Of a DNA stretch of 42,463 nt, positions 25,811-37,883 are shown piece by piece. The DNA is from Jimgerdemannia flammicorona (taxonomy: Eukaryota): assembly GCA_003990765.1 (NCBI GenBank), contig RBNJ01000089.1, positions 1 through 42,463 of the forward strand. The letters run 5' to 3'. The position numbers and the translations under genes are program-made. Position 1 is the stretch's first letter; each line of letters starts with the position of its first letter. Under the pieces are notes generated by a model. That model searched no databases. It saw nothing but the letters and a program-made list of their open reading frames with translations, and was not told where the DNA came from.

Positions 25811-25951
25811 ATAAAAATTAAGAACATGATTTAGGTTGATGTCATCATTGTCATATAATTACTATGGTCAATAAAAATGAAAATTTTCTTGACTGTACAG
25901 CTATTGGCCAGATCTAATGATGTCATCCTAAATCATGTTTTTAATTTCTAT
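25811..25951. repeat. Inverted repeat with ~36-bp arms and ~70-bp spacer (MITE-like)
   Basis: ATAAAAATTAAGAACATGATTTAGGTTGATGTCATC versus the reverse complement of 25916-25951, ATAGAAATTAAAAACATGATTTAGGATGACATCATT. Confidence 0.7.
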
Positions 25952-26332
25952 ATTCAAGTCTGAGCACAACAATAAGTGACTTGAATATATCTTTTAAATG
26001 AGTTAGTATATTGATATATATATTAGTACATGGGGTCCAACTATGTATGACATGTTTAGGATATTGCAGTATACACATATGTGAGTCTCAGACTTGTCTA
26101 TGACAATTGCCATTAACACATATCTTAAAAGGTAGTTCAAACATTATATATTTCCCATATGAGCATGTACAAATTGTCAATTTGGAAAATATGTTTGAAT
26201 AATGATTCAGAGTAACATACAAATATTATAGTTCTGAGTTATCTAAAAACTAAGATATTAACTATTTGTTCAGATATCACTTAGGATAGTTATGAATAAA
26301 ATGTGTATTATCTGTGAAGACAACAATACTAA

Positions 26333-26665
26333 CTATAGGATTGGATCAGACTTCATGACGAGCATCCAATTGGAATTAACCCCAAGACTCTCCATCATAA
26401 TGCTTTCATTATTCATGTCAAAGTCAACAAGAGATGTACTATTCATTCACTTCAAGATGAAATCCTTTTCTTTAGGATTGTGCTATTTCTTAAGGGTGAG
26501 GAGCAGTTTGCAGATATTGTCAGAGGTTTCAATTTTGAGTGAATATATTATTCCATTGAGTCATTGAATGCTGATTGTCACAAATTTTCCACTTGGTGTA
26601 ATGGCAGCATTCTGATCTTTATTAAGTTCTGGACAGAATCTTTCAAAATAATTTTTTTCAGCTAT
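26333..26665 (-). pseudogene. Small ubiquitin-like-fold protein, paralog 1
   Basis: FVTISIQ*LNGIIYSLKIETSDNICKLL..KEKDFILK*M..DFDMNNESIMMESLGVNSNWMLVMKSDP; clearly paralogous to 28454-28792 and 37884-38267. Confidence 0.65.
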
Positions 26666-26758
26666 TGTTTAATGAAGAGGTGTAAGGTTTATAGTGGTAT
26701 TTATTTATAATATATCTTATTGATAGTGATAGTCATATACATGTTTGTGATGTGAGTA

Positions 26759-26819
26759 TCAAGGAAAGTACATTCACATGGATGGGATAATCCTGTCTAC
26801 ATGAATGCACTTTCCCCAA
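26759..26819. repeat. Palindromic element, copy 2
   Basis: Core 26764-26814, centre at 26789; shares the left flank TGTGATGTGAGYATC with copy 1. Confidence 0.95.
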
Positions 26820-26959
26820 CAACCGCAGTTGTATACTCAGTAGGACTAGTGTGTGCCCATTACATGGGACTTGGATAAAAACATGTGATGTGACAACTAC
26901 TAAATATATACTTTTATAGTAACCTTAACACACCATTCTTCTGTTTGTATACAATATAT

Positions 26960-27200
26960 CAACCAATGACCTGGCTCTCAACTGTCTCATCTATGGTGAT
27001 ACTCCTCCATCTGACCATGTATTTTCAATTAAGATTCATAAAGGTGCTAGTATTGGTGAGCTCAGGAGTTGATAAAGTCAAAGCTAATACTATGTTTTGA
27101 CTACATTGTCATTACTGAACTCACTCTTTGGAAGGTGGATATACCTATCTTCATGCTGAGCACTATGCTAACTGCATTACAAACAAACCCCCCAAGTCTG
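26960..27200 (+). pseudogene. Crinkler (CRN)-type N-terminal header domain
   Basis: LALNCLIYGDTPPSDHVFSIKIHKGASIGELR-(frameshift)-LIKSK..FDYIVITELTLWKVDIP matches the fungal CRN header pattern LxCLxxGD..FxVxI..LKxxI..LxLWKVxIP. Confidence 0.8.
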
Positions 27201-28453
27201 CTATAGCAGAGGTGTTACAACATGAAAACTATATATAGTTCATTGGTATATTGGTGATGTATCCTTGTAGGAATACAGGATGTAGCTGTTATGAGGATAA
27301 CAGTGGGATAATTCTCATGATTGATCAGATAAATGCTAAATATTTCTTTAACAAAGAGGCACTAGATATGTTTAATAGTGTGAAGAAATGACTGAGTTTT
27401 AAAAAAGAGGTTAGGTGTAATAAATATTTGAATGGTCTCATGATATCATATATTTCATGAACTTCACACTTGTAATTATACACAACTAATATGTTATGTA
27501 GAAGTCTGAATACATATGGAATATTCAGAGTAACGTTATAAATACTATAGTGGTATGAATGTTTATGAGTTGTTTGGAAACTACAATTTGTTTACTTATA
27601 GCTATGTGCGATATACCAATTATCCTCCTGATGATTGTAATCGGATGCTGCAAGCAGTAGTACCTCATAATAGGATCCAAATAGGTTAAGCTTTTCTTGT
27701 TGTTGCAGTTTGATGTCTGGTTGATCAGGCATGCATCAGGTCAGGATAGATAGAATACTTTTGTTGTGAGATACAAGGTATTTGTTAGTATGTTTATGGC
27801 ACAACTTGAAATGACTAATATCAGTCAGATAAGTCGGGGTATTGAAACAGATATCTCTGCCAGCATCGTTGCAAGGTATAATTGTCCACTCATCATATTC
27901 ATCTGGTCAGCAGTCTTGAAAAAGCAGACTGAGACTTCATGCACCATGTTAGTAACAGGTGCCGATTTACTTAGGCTTCTGTGTAAATACATCCTTTCAT
28001 TGACCACTGGTTGAAAAAAGACTATATCACTGAAGCAGATATATTGGTCCTGGTTAATGGTAGATGCTAATTTGACAAACCTCTAAGTACAGGCTTCATT
28101 GCAATTATTGTCATATTCATCAACAAATGGGCATGTAGTTATAACAAGACTGTGTGCCCTCAATTGTGAACTGTAGTATACTTTTTTCCAATATAGATAT
28201 CTGTTAGTGTTTGAGTTCTTAATCTGTACCTGTGAGTTAGTTATTATCAGAGTCATGGCAATATATGACCTCTCACTTCCACCACTGTCATATTAAAGCC
28301 CAATTTACTGACACTAATCCACATCATTTTATTTTAAAGTTTGTAGTATACAGTGTATTTGTACCTCTCTACAAATTGCTCAAGTCAATACAAAGCTTCA
28401 ATCATTGTGACCATTATGAATAAAATGTGTATTATTTATGAATACAACCCTAG

Positions 28454-28792
28454 CTATGGGTCTGGATCTGGCTTCATGATGAGCATCCAACTGGAATTAA
28501 CCCTGAGACTCTCCACTATAATACTTTCATTGTTTGTATCAAAGTCAACAAGGGATATACCATCCATTTGCTTCAAGATATAATCCTTTCCTTTGGAATT
28601 GTGATGTTTCTCGATGATGACATCCAATTTGCCGATATTAGCAGAGGTTTCAATTTTGAGTGGATGTATTGTTCTATTGAGCCATTGAATGCTGAATGTC
28701 ACATATTCTACTGTATTTGTTGGATTTGGGGTTCAGATAGCATCATCAGGGTGATGATTATATCATGCAAAAGAATTTTCATCGGATGCCAT
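28454..28792 (-). pseudogene. Small ubiquitin-like-fold protein, paralog 2
   Basis: ATG at 28792, two in-frame TGA, then YVTFSIQWLNRTIHPLKIETSANIGKL..KDYILKQM..NESIIVESLRVNSSWMLIMKPDP. Confidence 0.65.
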
Positions 28793-29199
28793 TCAGTATA
28801 AGGGGTGGAAGGTTGTAGTGGTAAAAGATATTTAGATATGATATATCAATGCCATATACATACTTTCATTATTAGTAATAGTGTCATTATATTTTTAAAC
28901 ATATGACAACAATACTATCAGCAAATTCAGATTTTACTTTGATTCTGAACTGTCAAGGGCAAATTACCCCCCATTGATAATGGCATAAAATACTGCATGG
29001 AGATTTGAAACCCCTACATATCTCTCTTTATTTTAATGACCTGTGGATGAGATATATATTGTTGTGATATTGGCTCAGAAAAGTGTATTCATCCACATAA
29101 TAATCATATGATGTATGTTATAGAATATATATATGATAATTAAATTGTGTAAATACACTATCTATCATTTAAACTCTACAACATAAAGCATCTTTGTAC

Positions 29200-30278
29200 A
29201 GATACAAAACTAACCCAAGATGTACTAGTCATCCATTGGGACAAACTGGCTATCAAAACTATTGACCAGATCATTGGATATATGACAGAGGCATTTCTAG
29301 ACCTGCTGGCACTGTCTATGGTGTTGCATAGATTCTATAACCAGTGTAGCCTTGGATACCAACCCACCACATTGAATGTCTATTTGGCGATGGTGAGCCA
29401 GATCACCTGCGATGCCTGGTGGACCTGTTGAAGAGCTCACAGAGTGTTGGCCTTGACTACCACACCAGACTTACAACCTTTTGGGTGCAGCAAGATGCCC
29501 CTGATGCAGCCCTGGAGGATATTTTGTATACCACAACACCAATGACAGTCAAAATCATCAGCAACCCCAGCTACAAGGCTCAACTAGCACTCATACAGTG
29601 CACTACCATTTGGTCTATAGAGGTGTAGGCTGTTGGCATCAAAATTATGTGGTGTCTGTTACCATCCTGGCCACAGTTGTAGTGAATTACAATATCAGAT
29701 ATATATTGTTGGCATGGTATACCTTATTTGCAGCCACACTATAATCTGTTTCCAATGGTAGAGGATCTGTCAATCACACAGACAATCAATCATTACTATT
29801 GGGATCTGGAAATCTTCTACTCAGTTTTTAAATCTCTTGTAGTGAATTGTTCAAACCTCAAATGTGTGCAGGCATACAAAAAAACCACTGGGAGTAGATT
29901 CAGTGTCATTAATGAAGAAGATCTGGAGTTATTGATGAAATACTGTCCAAGTCTTGAAGAACTCAAATACCCAAGATTCCACAGTAACTAGGTGTTAAAA
30001 ATGCCTGTTGATTGGCCATGGCCTGAATTAAAATCACTAGAGGTGAATGACTGATGTGGCATAGTGGTGATGTTTGTACAACAGGTGCTATAAGAATATC
30101 CAAAACTTGAATGGGTCATCCTCCTAGTATCTCTGCTAACATATCCAGGGTTGTCAAAGATGCTAGTGCAGAGCGGCTTTACAGATGCAGTTATCAGCAA
30201 ATATGGTTCAATAATTCAGCTCACATTCGATAGAGCATTGTGGGCCCAACTCAACACTATTGGACAGGACTGTTTCTA
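29200..30278 (+). pseudogene. F-box-like / LRR-like protein, paralog B
   Basis: HWDKLAIKTIDQIIGYMTEAFLDLLALSMVLHRFY; NCSNLKCV..LLMKYCPSLEELKYP..WPELKSLEV; colinear with paralog A. Confidence 0.6.
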
Positions 30279-30426
30279 GCTACTATTTATCCAACATACA
30301 ACCTATACACTAAAATTACAAAGTTATGATTTGTCATATATATGACTAAATAAATATGTCATTTTATATGGTCATTATCATATATAGAATATTTAAATTT
30401 AAAATAGAGAGTATATGTATTGATCC

Positions 30427-31983
30427 ATGGTTAACAAGATGTCAGTCACAGATTCAGCAGTCAAAGTGTTCAATGGTCTATTCCTAAGCAGATATGTTGA
30501 GAGTAATGTAGTCAACCAGAGCCCCATCCACATATAACTAACAACCTGTCTAATAGACTCAATGCTGCTACATCTCAAAATGAGATCGATAACAAGAGGA
30601 TTAATGTTATAGTATTGGTCTGTGACACTTCCAATAGTGTTTTCCCAAAGGTATGAAAGGCATACTATGTTGACTAAATATAGTATATATTCAATGCACT
30701 ATTAAAATTCTCATCCCTGTAGGTTATACAATACATGGTTATCAATATCCCAGATGACAAAGATACTAACATTATATAACATCTGGACTCTGGCACATAA
30801 TTTATTAATGATATGCATACTAGTGGAAACTCAGTGCTTATGCATTGTGAGCAGGGAATATCATGCAGTGTCACACTAGTCATTGCTTATCTCATGAAGT
30901 ATCTGTTAAATGGGAAATTGATCAACAAACTTCTTAATATGATCAGAAAAATGTGGAGCCAGGCAAAGTATGTGTGGGGTGATAGCATGTATATTCTCAT
31001 TGTGAATGCTATCTACCTGCACTTTCTCACTATTTTAGCTCTTTTTGAAGGCCTAACTTAAGTTTCCATACTCAGCTGGATCTGTATGAGGATATGGAGA
31101 TGGTGTTAGATCTAAGTAACTCAACCTATATGAAGTTTCTGGTTGATCTCAACCTGTTATGTATGTATGCAGTGTGTGTGTCAATACCTATCTATATGTC
31201 TATGGATCCTAATTGCTATCACACACATCAGTTGGGGAGTCCTATAAAATAGATGACCTTGGCAAAGATCCAGAAAGCATGAAGGCAGGAAATCCGGAAC
31301 TGGATCTCAATGAAACATTAATATACTACATACACTGCAAGTGGGTGTTTAGCTTTTTAGATTTTTGTCTTTTTATATGATAGATAATTAAACTGATTGG
31401 CCACTACTACTACAGATGAGGATTAGTAAGACTAGATAACATAATGATCTATTTACAAAAAAGCAAAGATAACTAGTATAGCGTGCTATTGTAAATTCCA
31501 AATTACCTCTCTTTCTATTATTTACCCTATGATTTCTATATTTCTTCAGACCTAATAAGTGGTATTGGCCCTAACTGTGATCAATACCACATCCAGGCCA
31601 TAGCCTGGATGTGGGGCTCTGGCACATTTTTAAACAGTGGTAACATCATATGTTCTAACTCCAACTACAATGGATTACTGGGTAAATGTGTCAGAGAGGG
31701 GACATTGTGCAGTTGCAGATGGTAGACCTTACCTGGGTTCTATCTGGACAAATTTGATATTGATGTTAGGTTATACAAGGATGGTCAGAGAGATTATGAA
31801 AATGATGTAACAATCAGACCAAGTAGAAACAATGCAAAGAAACTGAGAATGGAAGCTGCTGAGGCTCTGCAAATTACAAAAATGGATGAGACTGCAGCCA
31901 GAATCACAGCTGAGTATAGCGATTTTGTGATAGAAGAATTCACTCAAAATTGAGATTGTAATGATGAATTTGAGTTCTGTTAA
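30427..31983 (+). pseudogene. Dual-specificity phosphatase, Yvh1/DUSP12-like, with spliceosomal introns
   Basis: VKVFNGLFLS, INIPDDKDTNII, active-site VLMHCEQGISCSVTLVIAYLMK (30843-30869; R>C via CGC>TGC), PNLSFHTQLDLYE, C-terminal Cys-rich region (AIAWM..GNIICSN..LGK..GTLCSC); GT-AG introns e.g. 30651-30722. Confidence 0.85.
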
Positions 31984-32158
31984 TCCAAATAAATGAGCAA
32001 ATACAACCTATTACATTGTCATAAATCTGAGTCATCATCAGCATTATACTGTTTGTTAAATAATAACACTTCACAGTGGGAGAATATTACAAAGAGTACT
32101 AGTTTGGCATTGATACAGGCCCATGTTACGTTGGGTATAGGCTCTGTCATTCGCAGAT

Positions 32159-33286
32159 GATGGATACAATGTCAGAGACACTACTGTCAATGATGCATGT
32201 TACATTTTACTGCTGGACAGTTTGAACTTTGGCAGACCTGCAAGGTGCTTGTCATCTGTGATCCACCTTTATCAGACAAAACTGTGCTTGCATACAAGCT
32301 CATTGAGCATATCAGATTGCAGCACAACGAGGGGTCTGTCATATATGTTTTACTGTTAGAGTTCATGATCAACAGTAGGATGCCAAATCCAGAAACTGTG
32401 TTCAGCAATTACTGGCATGCAAAAGCCAAAACAATGATGACGTGGCTGCAATACATAGATGCAAACTTGACCATATATCTCATAATTGATGATATGAATG
32501 TCCTGTCTGGACTGGATGTGCTGTATTTCTGGCAGCGTCTGTATGTAGAGCCAGGACAGTATTTATGAATCCTACTCCTATTGCGACTTGACCCCAATCA
32601 ATATAACAGTAACATATTTCCACTGCAGTATATCTGCATCACAGGTATGCAATGGCTGTGTTTGATACAGAATGAAGTTACAGCGGTGACACTGTGACTC
32701 GCCCTCATCGGTCAACAGATTGCGAAGTCCATCAACTATAGTGTAATTCTGGATGCTATCTTTAACTCATCTGGTAGACATCCAGACCAGCTTTGGCAAA
32801 TATTGAAGCATCTGAGTGATAAATTTAGATGCATGCTAGCAACCACAGATGAGATTCTCTGCTACATACTCTCTCTCAAGTTCTACACCCACCTGCATAT
32901 GGATGATATTGACGATGAGCTGCACAAACATATAGCTGACAATGTTGGTATAAACTATCTTCACAGATTCCTATACAGTAAGCCAACAGATGTGCTGCAG
33001 TTGGTGTCATTCAGGAGACCAGAATACAATTGCTTTGGATGCTCACTGTATGTTGGTTGGTCACTCTGTGGGATAATGATGGGGCCCAGAGCAGCATGTA
33101 ACTCACAACCCCATTGACACGTCTGACAATTGCACAAGTAATATTATCATCTATGAGTTAACCAGACCACATGTCTTGGAGTTGAATAGGATTTACATCA
33201 TCAATCTGTGTGAATCCACCAGAGTGGTTAATGCAGCTGGCCTCAATATCGCAATGATAAATAGGCAAAGTCATAGTGCATTCTGA
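32159..33286 (+). pseudogene. P-loop NTPase-like protein (possibly CRN-associated type)
   Basis: KVLVICDPPLSDKTVLA (32260-32283) reverts to the Walker A GPPLSGKT by two G>A changes; Walker B-like YLIIDD at ~32476-32493. Confidence 0.55.
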
Positions 33287-33329
33287 TTCCAAATAAACCA
33301 TTATGTATTATAATTAGAAATGTTATTAT

Positions 33330-34000
33330 TAAGTTTACATTGATGTGTATCAGACAGTTGGGGAGACATTACCAAGCCTAATACAACACAGAGCTGAGTG
33401 GCCAAAAATAACCATGATCAATCCCACTACACAGTTAATGTATATGATTATGAGCAATCATATGGCTGTTTCGTAGAAGGATAGAAACTCTGATTGGCAG
33501 GAGTGGGCACTCAAAACCCAGATAGTACCTAATTAAAATAGATATATTACAGCCTGGACAAACTGGCAGAACAGCAGTGTGGTGGGTGTATAAGATTGCC
33601 TACCTATAATAGTCCAGATAAGCAAAAACATGTCTATTAAACTATCCATAGTTCTACTAGACAAGTACTGGTTGTTGGATGGCTCTGAGCGATAGCAGAC
33701 TGCAAGCATGTAGACAAAAGAGAGTGCAGCACTGATGATGACACTGATCAGAAATGTGTAGAGCTGTCTACCACCCCAATATAGTTCTATAATTAGGTAC
33801 ATTTTAAGACCATTAGAGGTATTCACTATATTGTAGATATTGAGTGGTATGGCAACAATCTCAAAGGCTATTAGAATTACAATGGTAACACTACTGAGGC
33901 CGGCCCCAATACTATTGAATAGATTCATAATATGTGTATTTGTTAGTACATTAAATTGTGTTATATATATACATATAAAGCTATATGATTTTATCGACAT
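33330..34000 (-). pseudogene. Multi-pass membrane protein of unknown function
   Basis: ORF 33533-34000 has several hydrophobic stretches; coding-like sequence continues past the stop. Confidence 0.45.
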
Positions 34001-34053
34001 AATGACAATTATCTACAAATTGTTAAAGCGAAATCATATATATCATATATAAC

Positions 34054-34114
34054 ATTGGGAAAGTACATTTACATAGATGGGATTATCCCATCTATGTAAA
34101 TGCACTTTCCCTGA
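34054..34114. repeat. Palindromic element, copy 3 (inverted orientation, variant arms)
   Basis: Core 34059-34109 GAAAGTACATTTACATAGATGGGAT-T-ATCCCATCTATGTAAATGCACTTTC, centre T at 34084. Confidence 0.95.
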
Positions 34115-34160
34115 CATTGACATAGTAAATCGATAAATATTGGGGCACACACTACACATA

Positions 34161-34995
34161 ATGAACAATTTTCGCTATAGTATTCCTGCACAAACCTACC
34201 TCATGTTTAATAAGGCTTGGGGCTTATTGAAGTATATATCAGACAGATAAACAGTAAGTTAATTCTCAAAAATACCACCTATGACAAAATCAGAGGATTT
34301 CAAAAGAAAGTCTCCTATATTTGTAAAAAGTAAGGAAAATATTCAGAATACAAGGATATACACTACACAAAATAAACTGACTGCCCCTTTGTTATTGGCA
34401 TCACCTATAGGAAGTGATTGAATTATTTTTTTGTTACAAGAACAATACTGGAACACAGTCATGGCATTAGGACTGTGGAGTGCCAGTCACCACAATTCAG
34501 CATTAGTGATGATATACTGTGCCATTAAAGGCAATGACAACTGTGGTTTAGATCTCTTACAGTAGCTATCTATGACAATGAGAATAGGCAAGTGGAGATC
34601 CAAACACAGTTGCTGGATGAGATAACCTGAAACTACATTTCTATTCCAAATGCCTCAAATATGTCAACAGAGCCTTGCAGACACTTATCAGCCTGTCGGG
34701 GTCCTGGTTTATAGTGCCAGACTGTGCACAGATTGCAACTGAGCTGTTTCAAATGGCAGTTGTTTGGTACAATACTGGTGAAACCTGGTCCTATCTACTT
34801 ATACAGAACCCAATCACTCAATCGACACTAATTGTATTACATCTTGTAAATGACAACTATAATATTTCTATAGTCTTAGTTGCTAATAGCTCCTTGAAGC
34901 TACTGCAAATCAATCCTTATCACAAATCTGTGTGCAGATGTTATAACCATACTAGTAGATTATATAATCTAGAAAAATTCCTCATTAGAAAATAA
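34161..34995 (+). pseudogene. Hypothetical decayed gene
   Basis: ATG at 34161 just downstream of palindrome 3, stop-interrupted coding-like sequence, ORF 34675-34995. Confidence 0.3.
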
Positions 34996-36401
34996 GCATG
35001 TACATTTGTGTCAAGTTTAAATAAACAGGGACTGTAGTGTATCTTATCAACTGTTGAAATGGCAGAATCCGAAATTCCCAAGTTGGTGATATTTCGCAAT
35101 GTGTGTTTTGGTATACTGAAAGATAGGGATATAGTATCTCAGACACTTCTATCATGATATACCCCAGCAAACGTGGTACCTCAGATACTTCCACCATGAT
35201 GTACCCCAGTAAATATTATACTAGAGACTCTAATCAATCAAGAGAATGACAAAACAGCAATGCCTGATGATGAGCATGTACAAATAGTAGAAACATTTAC
35301 AAAAACGCTCACATATTACAACTTCCACAAAACAATGACAAAACTCATTATAGACCAGAAATAGGACCTGGCATACCTTAAAGAGTGTATCAGCAAGTTG
35401 TATATCAGGATAAATGAATTAGAGGTGGGGAATGTGGTAGCCCAAGACATTGCGATAGTGACAATGACAGATCAGTCATCAAAGCAAGCCGAATTGATAT
35501 CATGAGTGACATATTGTACAGTCAATGGGTGCGATAAAGGTAAAGTGTACAAGTACGAAACACTGGGACATAAAACTCATAGTGATCATGGCTTTGACTG
35601 CAAGTCTTGTGAAAGGTATTTTATATATTTCATGATTTCCAAATTATATATGTGTGTTATTAATCAAACTTATTAGAGTATATAATATCATAAGGTTCTA
35701 CAATATAATAGGTGGTCTCCTGATAGATATACATGGACCCCAGTTCAGATCTTCCTCACATACCAATGCTGACAGTTGTCAGCATCAGTTAGACCTTGTG
35801 TCGAGGCATCAGAAGAGACATACCCCACCTCCAGAACCACCAGGGTTCTGGACCATGAACTTTCCCACTGAGGAGGAGATTGCACAATAACAAAAAGAGG
35901 GCAGACACATCAATTATGAAAAAAGGAAATAGGAATGGTCGCTCTTGCCTGGTACTAGGCCTAGTCAATATTACCAAATGCCACCGGAACATTGATCAGG
36001 TTCACTGACTCTATCACCAATATCTGATTCTGATTATTTTGTATAGTTTAAGGACTATTATTACAATTGGCAAATAAAATCGAATTCACACAATAAGCAA
36101 TAACATTATTCATAATGTTGACATTAGGGAAAGTGAGCATTTTAGACCATTGCCAAATTCTCACCAACAACAACAATAACAAGTTGATAATGAGAAATAT
36201 ACACATACAAACATGTGTGTATTTTATTTTAATACTGTATTTTACACTTTTATAATAAAGATATAGTATTCAGCACTCAGGTGCATTTTGCAGCCATTCA
36301 ATATCTGCCTTGATTGTTTTGAGAAATATTTGAACATCACCAACTGCCTCCTCAACTGTCTTCCTCACCAGTCCAATACTATTGCCTTTGATGAATATAT
36401 C

Positions 36402-36860
36402 TCAGGCCTGACACATTTTGATTATGATAGTCAAGTTACTGAGATTGGTTTCAGCTATCCTTGTCTTGCTCTCCAGAAACCTCATATATGCAATTGCAAC
36501 CTCAAAATCTCTAATAACATTCCCAAACATGCATGCAACTGTCTTCCCCCACTCTATCTGTGCCAAGGACTGAGTGGTCACATCATATGTATTCCATTTG
36601 GACACCAGCTCCTGTCCCAACTTTACCACATCCACCTTCATTGTAAACCTCTCCACACATGACAGTATCACATCAATATGTTGAAAATTACACTGAGCAG
36701 CAACAAGGTTGACATTTATCCATCTCATGCAATGTTTGAGTTTCTTTATATATCTGAAGATAGCATCAATATCAAGGATTTGTTGGTGGTATAATTGGAT
36801 TTCCAGTATATAAAGGTACTTCTCGAACTCCAATGTGTCAAGTTCAAGTGTATTATGCAT
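36402..36860 (-). CDS. Hypothetical helical/coiled-coil protein, probably decayed
   Basis: 152-aa ORF with no recognisable motif. Confidence 0.3.
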   Translation of the reverse strand: MHNTLELDTLEFEKYLYILEIQLYHQQILDIDAIFRYIKKLKHCMRWINVNLVAAQCNFQHIDVILSCVERFTMKVDVVKLGQELVSKWNTYDVTTQSLAQIEWGKTVACMFGNVIRDFEVAIAYMRFLESKTRIAETNLSNLTIIIKMCQA

Positions 36861-37883
36861 ATTGAGTTGAAATATTGGAAATGCATGTATGTATATGTCT
36901 CATAGTTATATTATATGACTGTTGTAAATTACAAGTTGAGATGTCATACTATATTGAACCATCATTCCAATTATTGCAAACACAACTATCACTACCATTC
37001 CACCCACACATAGTACATTCCAGTAGCGGTGGCAATTCATCATCATCATCTCTGATTATTAAACAAAAATCATCCTTCCATTCATCTGCCACCTTTATGA
37101 GATTATTGAATGGTATTATGTTGTAGCATGCCTCTGTTATGATCAATTTTCGAAGCTGGTAGCACTGAATGAGCTGAATTAAAAATGAATTATCCAGGGA
37201 TGAATCTAAAGCATCTATATAGGAGAAATCATTAGGACAATGTTATATAAACTATATGTATAAAAATATTCAAGATATAAAACACAATAATAATAATATA
37301 CCAGTATATTGCATGCATTGAATACTTGGATTATTGGAAATAAATTCTAAGAATTTGTCAGAGGCTACAACCTGACTCAGTCGAATTTCAATAAGGTCTT
37401 TGAATGTGATTGTGATGCTCCTAAAGATTCTCTCAAATTGACCAGATATGATGTTGAAGATATGGAGATGCGCTAATCTTAGAAGATTTGAGATAATGTT
37501 TTACACATTTTGACAGATGTCTTCTCACAAAAGAGTGCTCAATTGAATGACAAGTTCAGTGATTCTGCCAGTGACATATATGAAGTGTACCAGATCTGTG
37601 TTAAGACATAGTGTTAATAGGGTCAGATCGGAAGCTTGGGTTAAATATAATTTGTCTGGGAAGGATGGTAACTTGAGGTATGCCATTTGTTACAAGGATG
37701 ATAATGAAGTGGTTTCATCCAGAGTCTTTATGTTTAGTTGTATAATATATAATTATAATGTCTATAATATGATTGTAAATCCAACAGGCTTTTTGTTATC
37801 TGATAAACTGGATCAACAGACTGTACAGTATATAATTTATTTTGATACATGATCACTGATGCACCTCAGCTGCACATGGAACC

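Noticed and set aside
27304-27320. TGGGATAATTCTCA resembling the palindrome centre
   Set aside because: The arms are absent and the match is too short.
35131-35214. Two imperfect 42-bp tandem copies
   Set aside because: This is an ordinary local duplication with no further structure.
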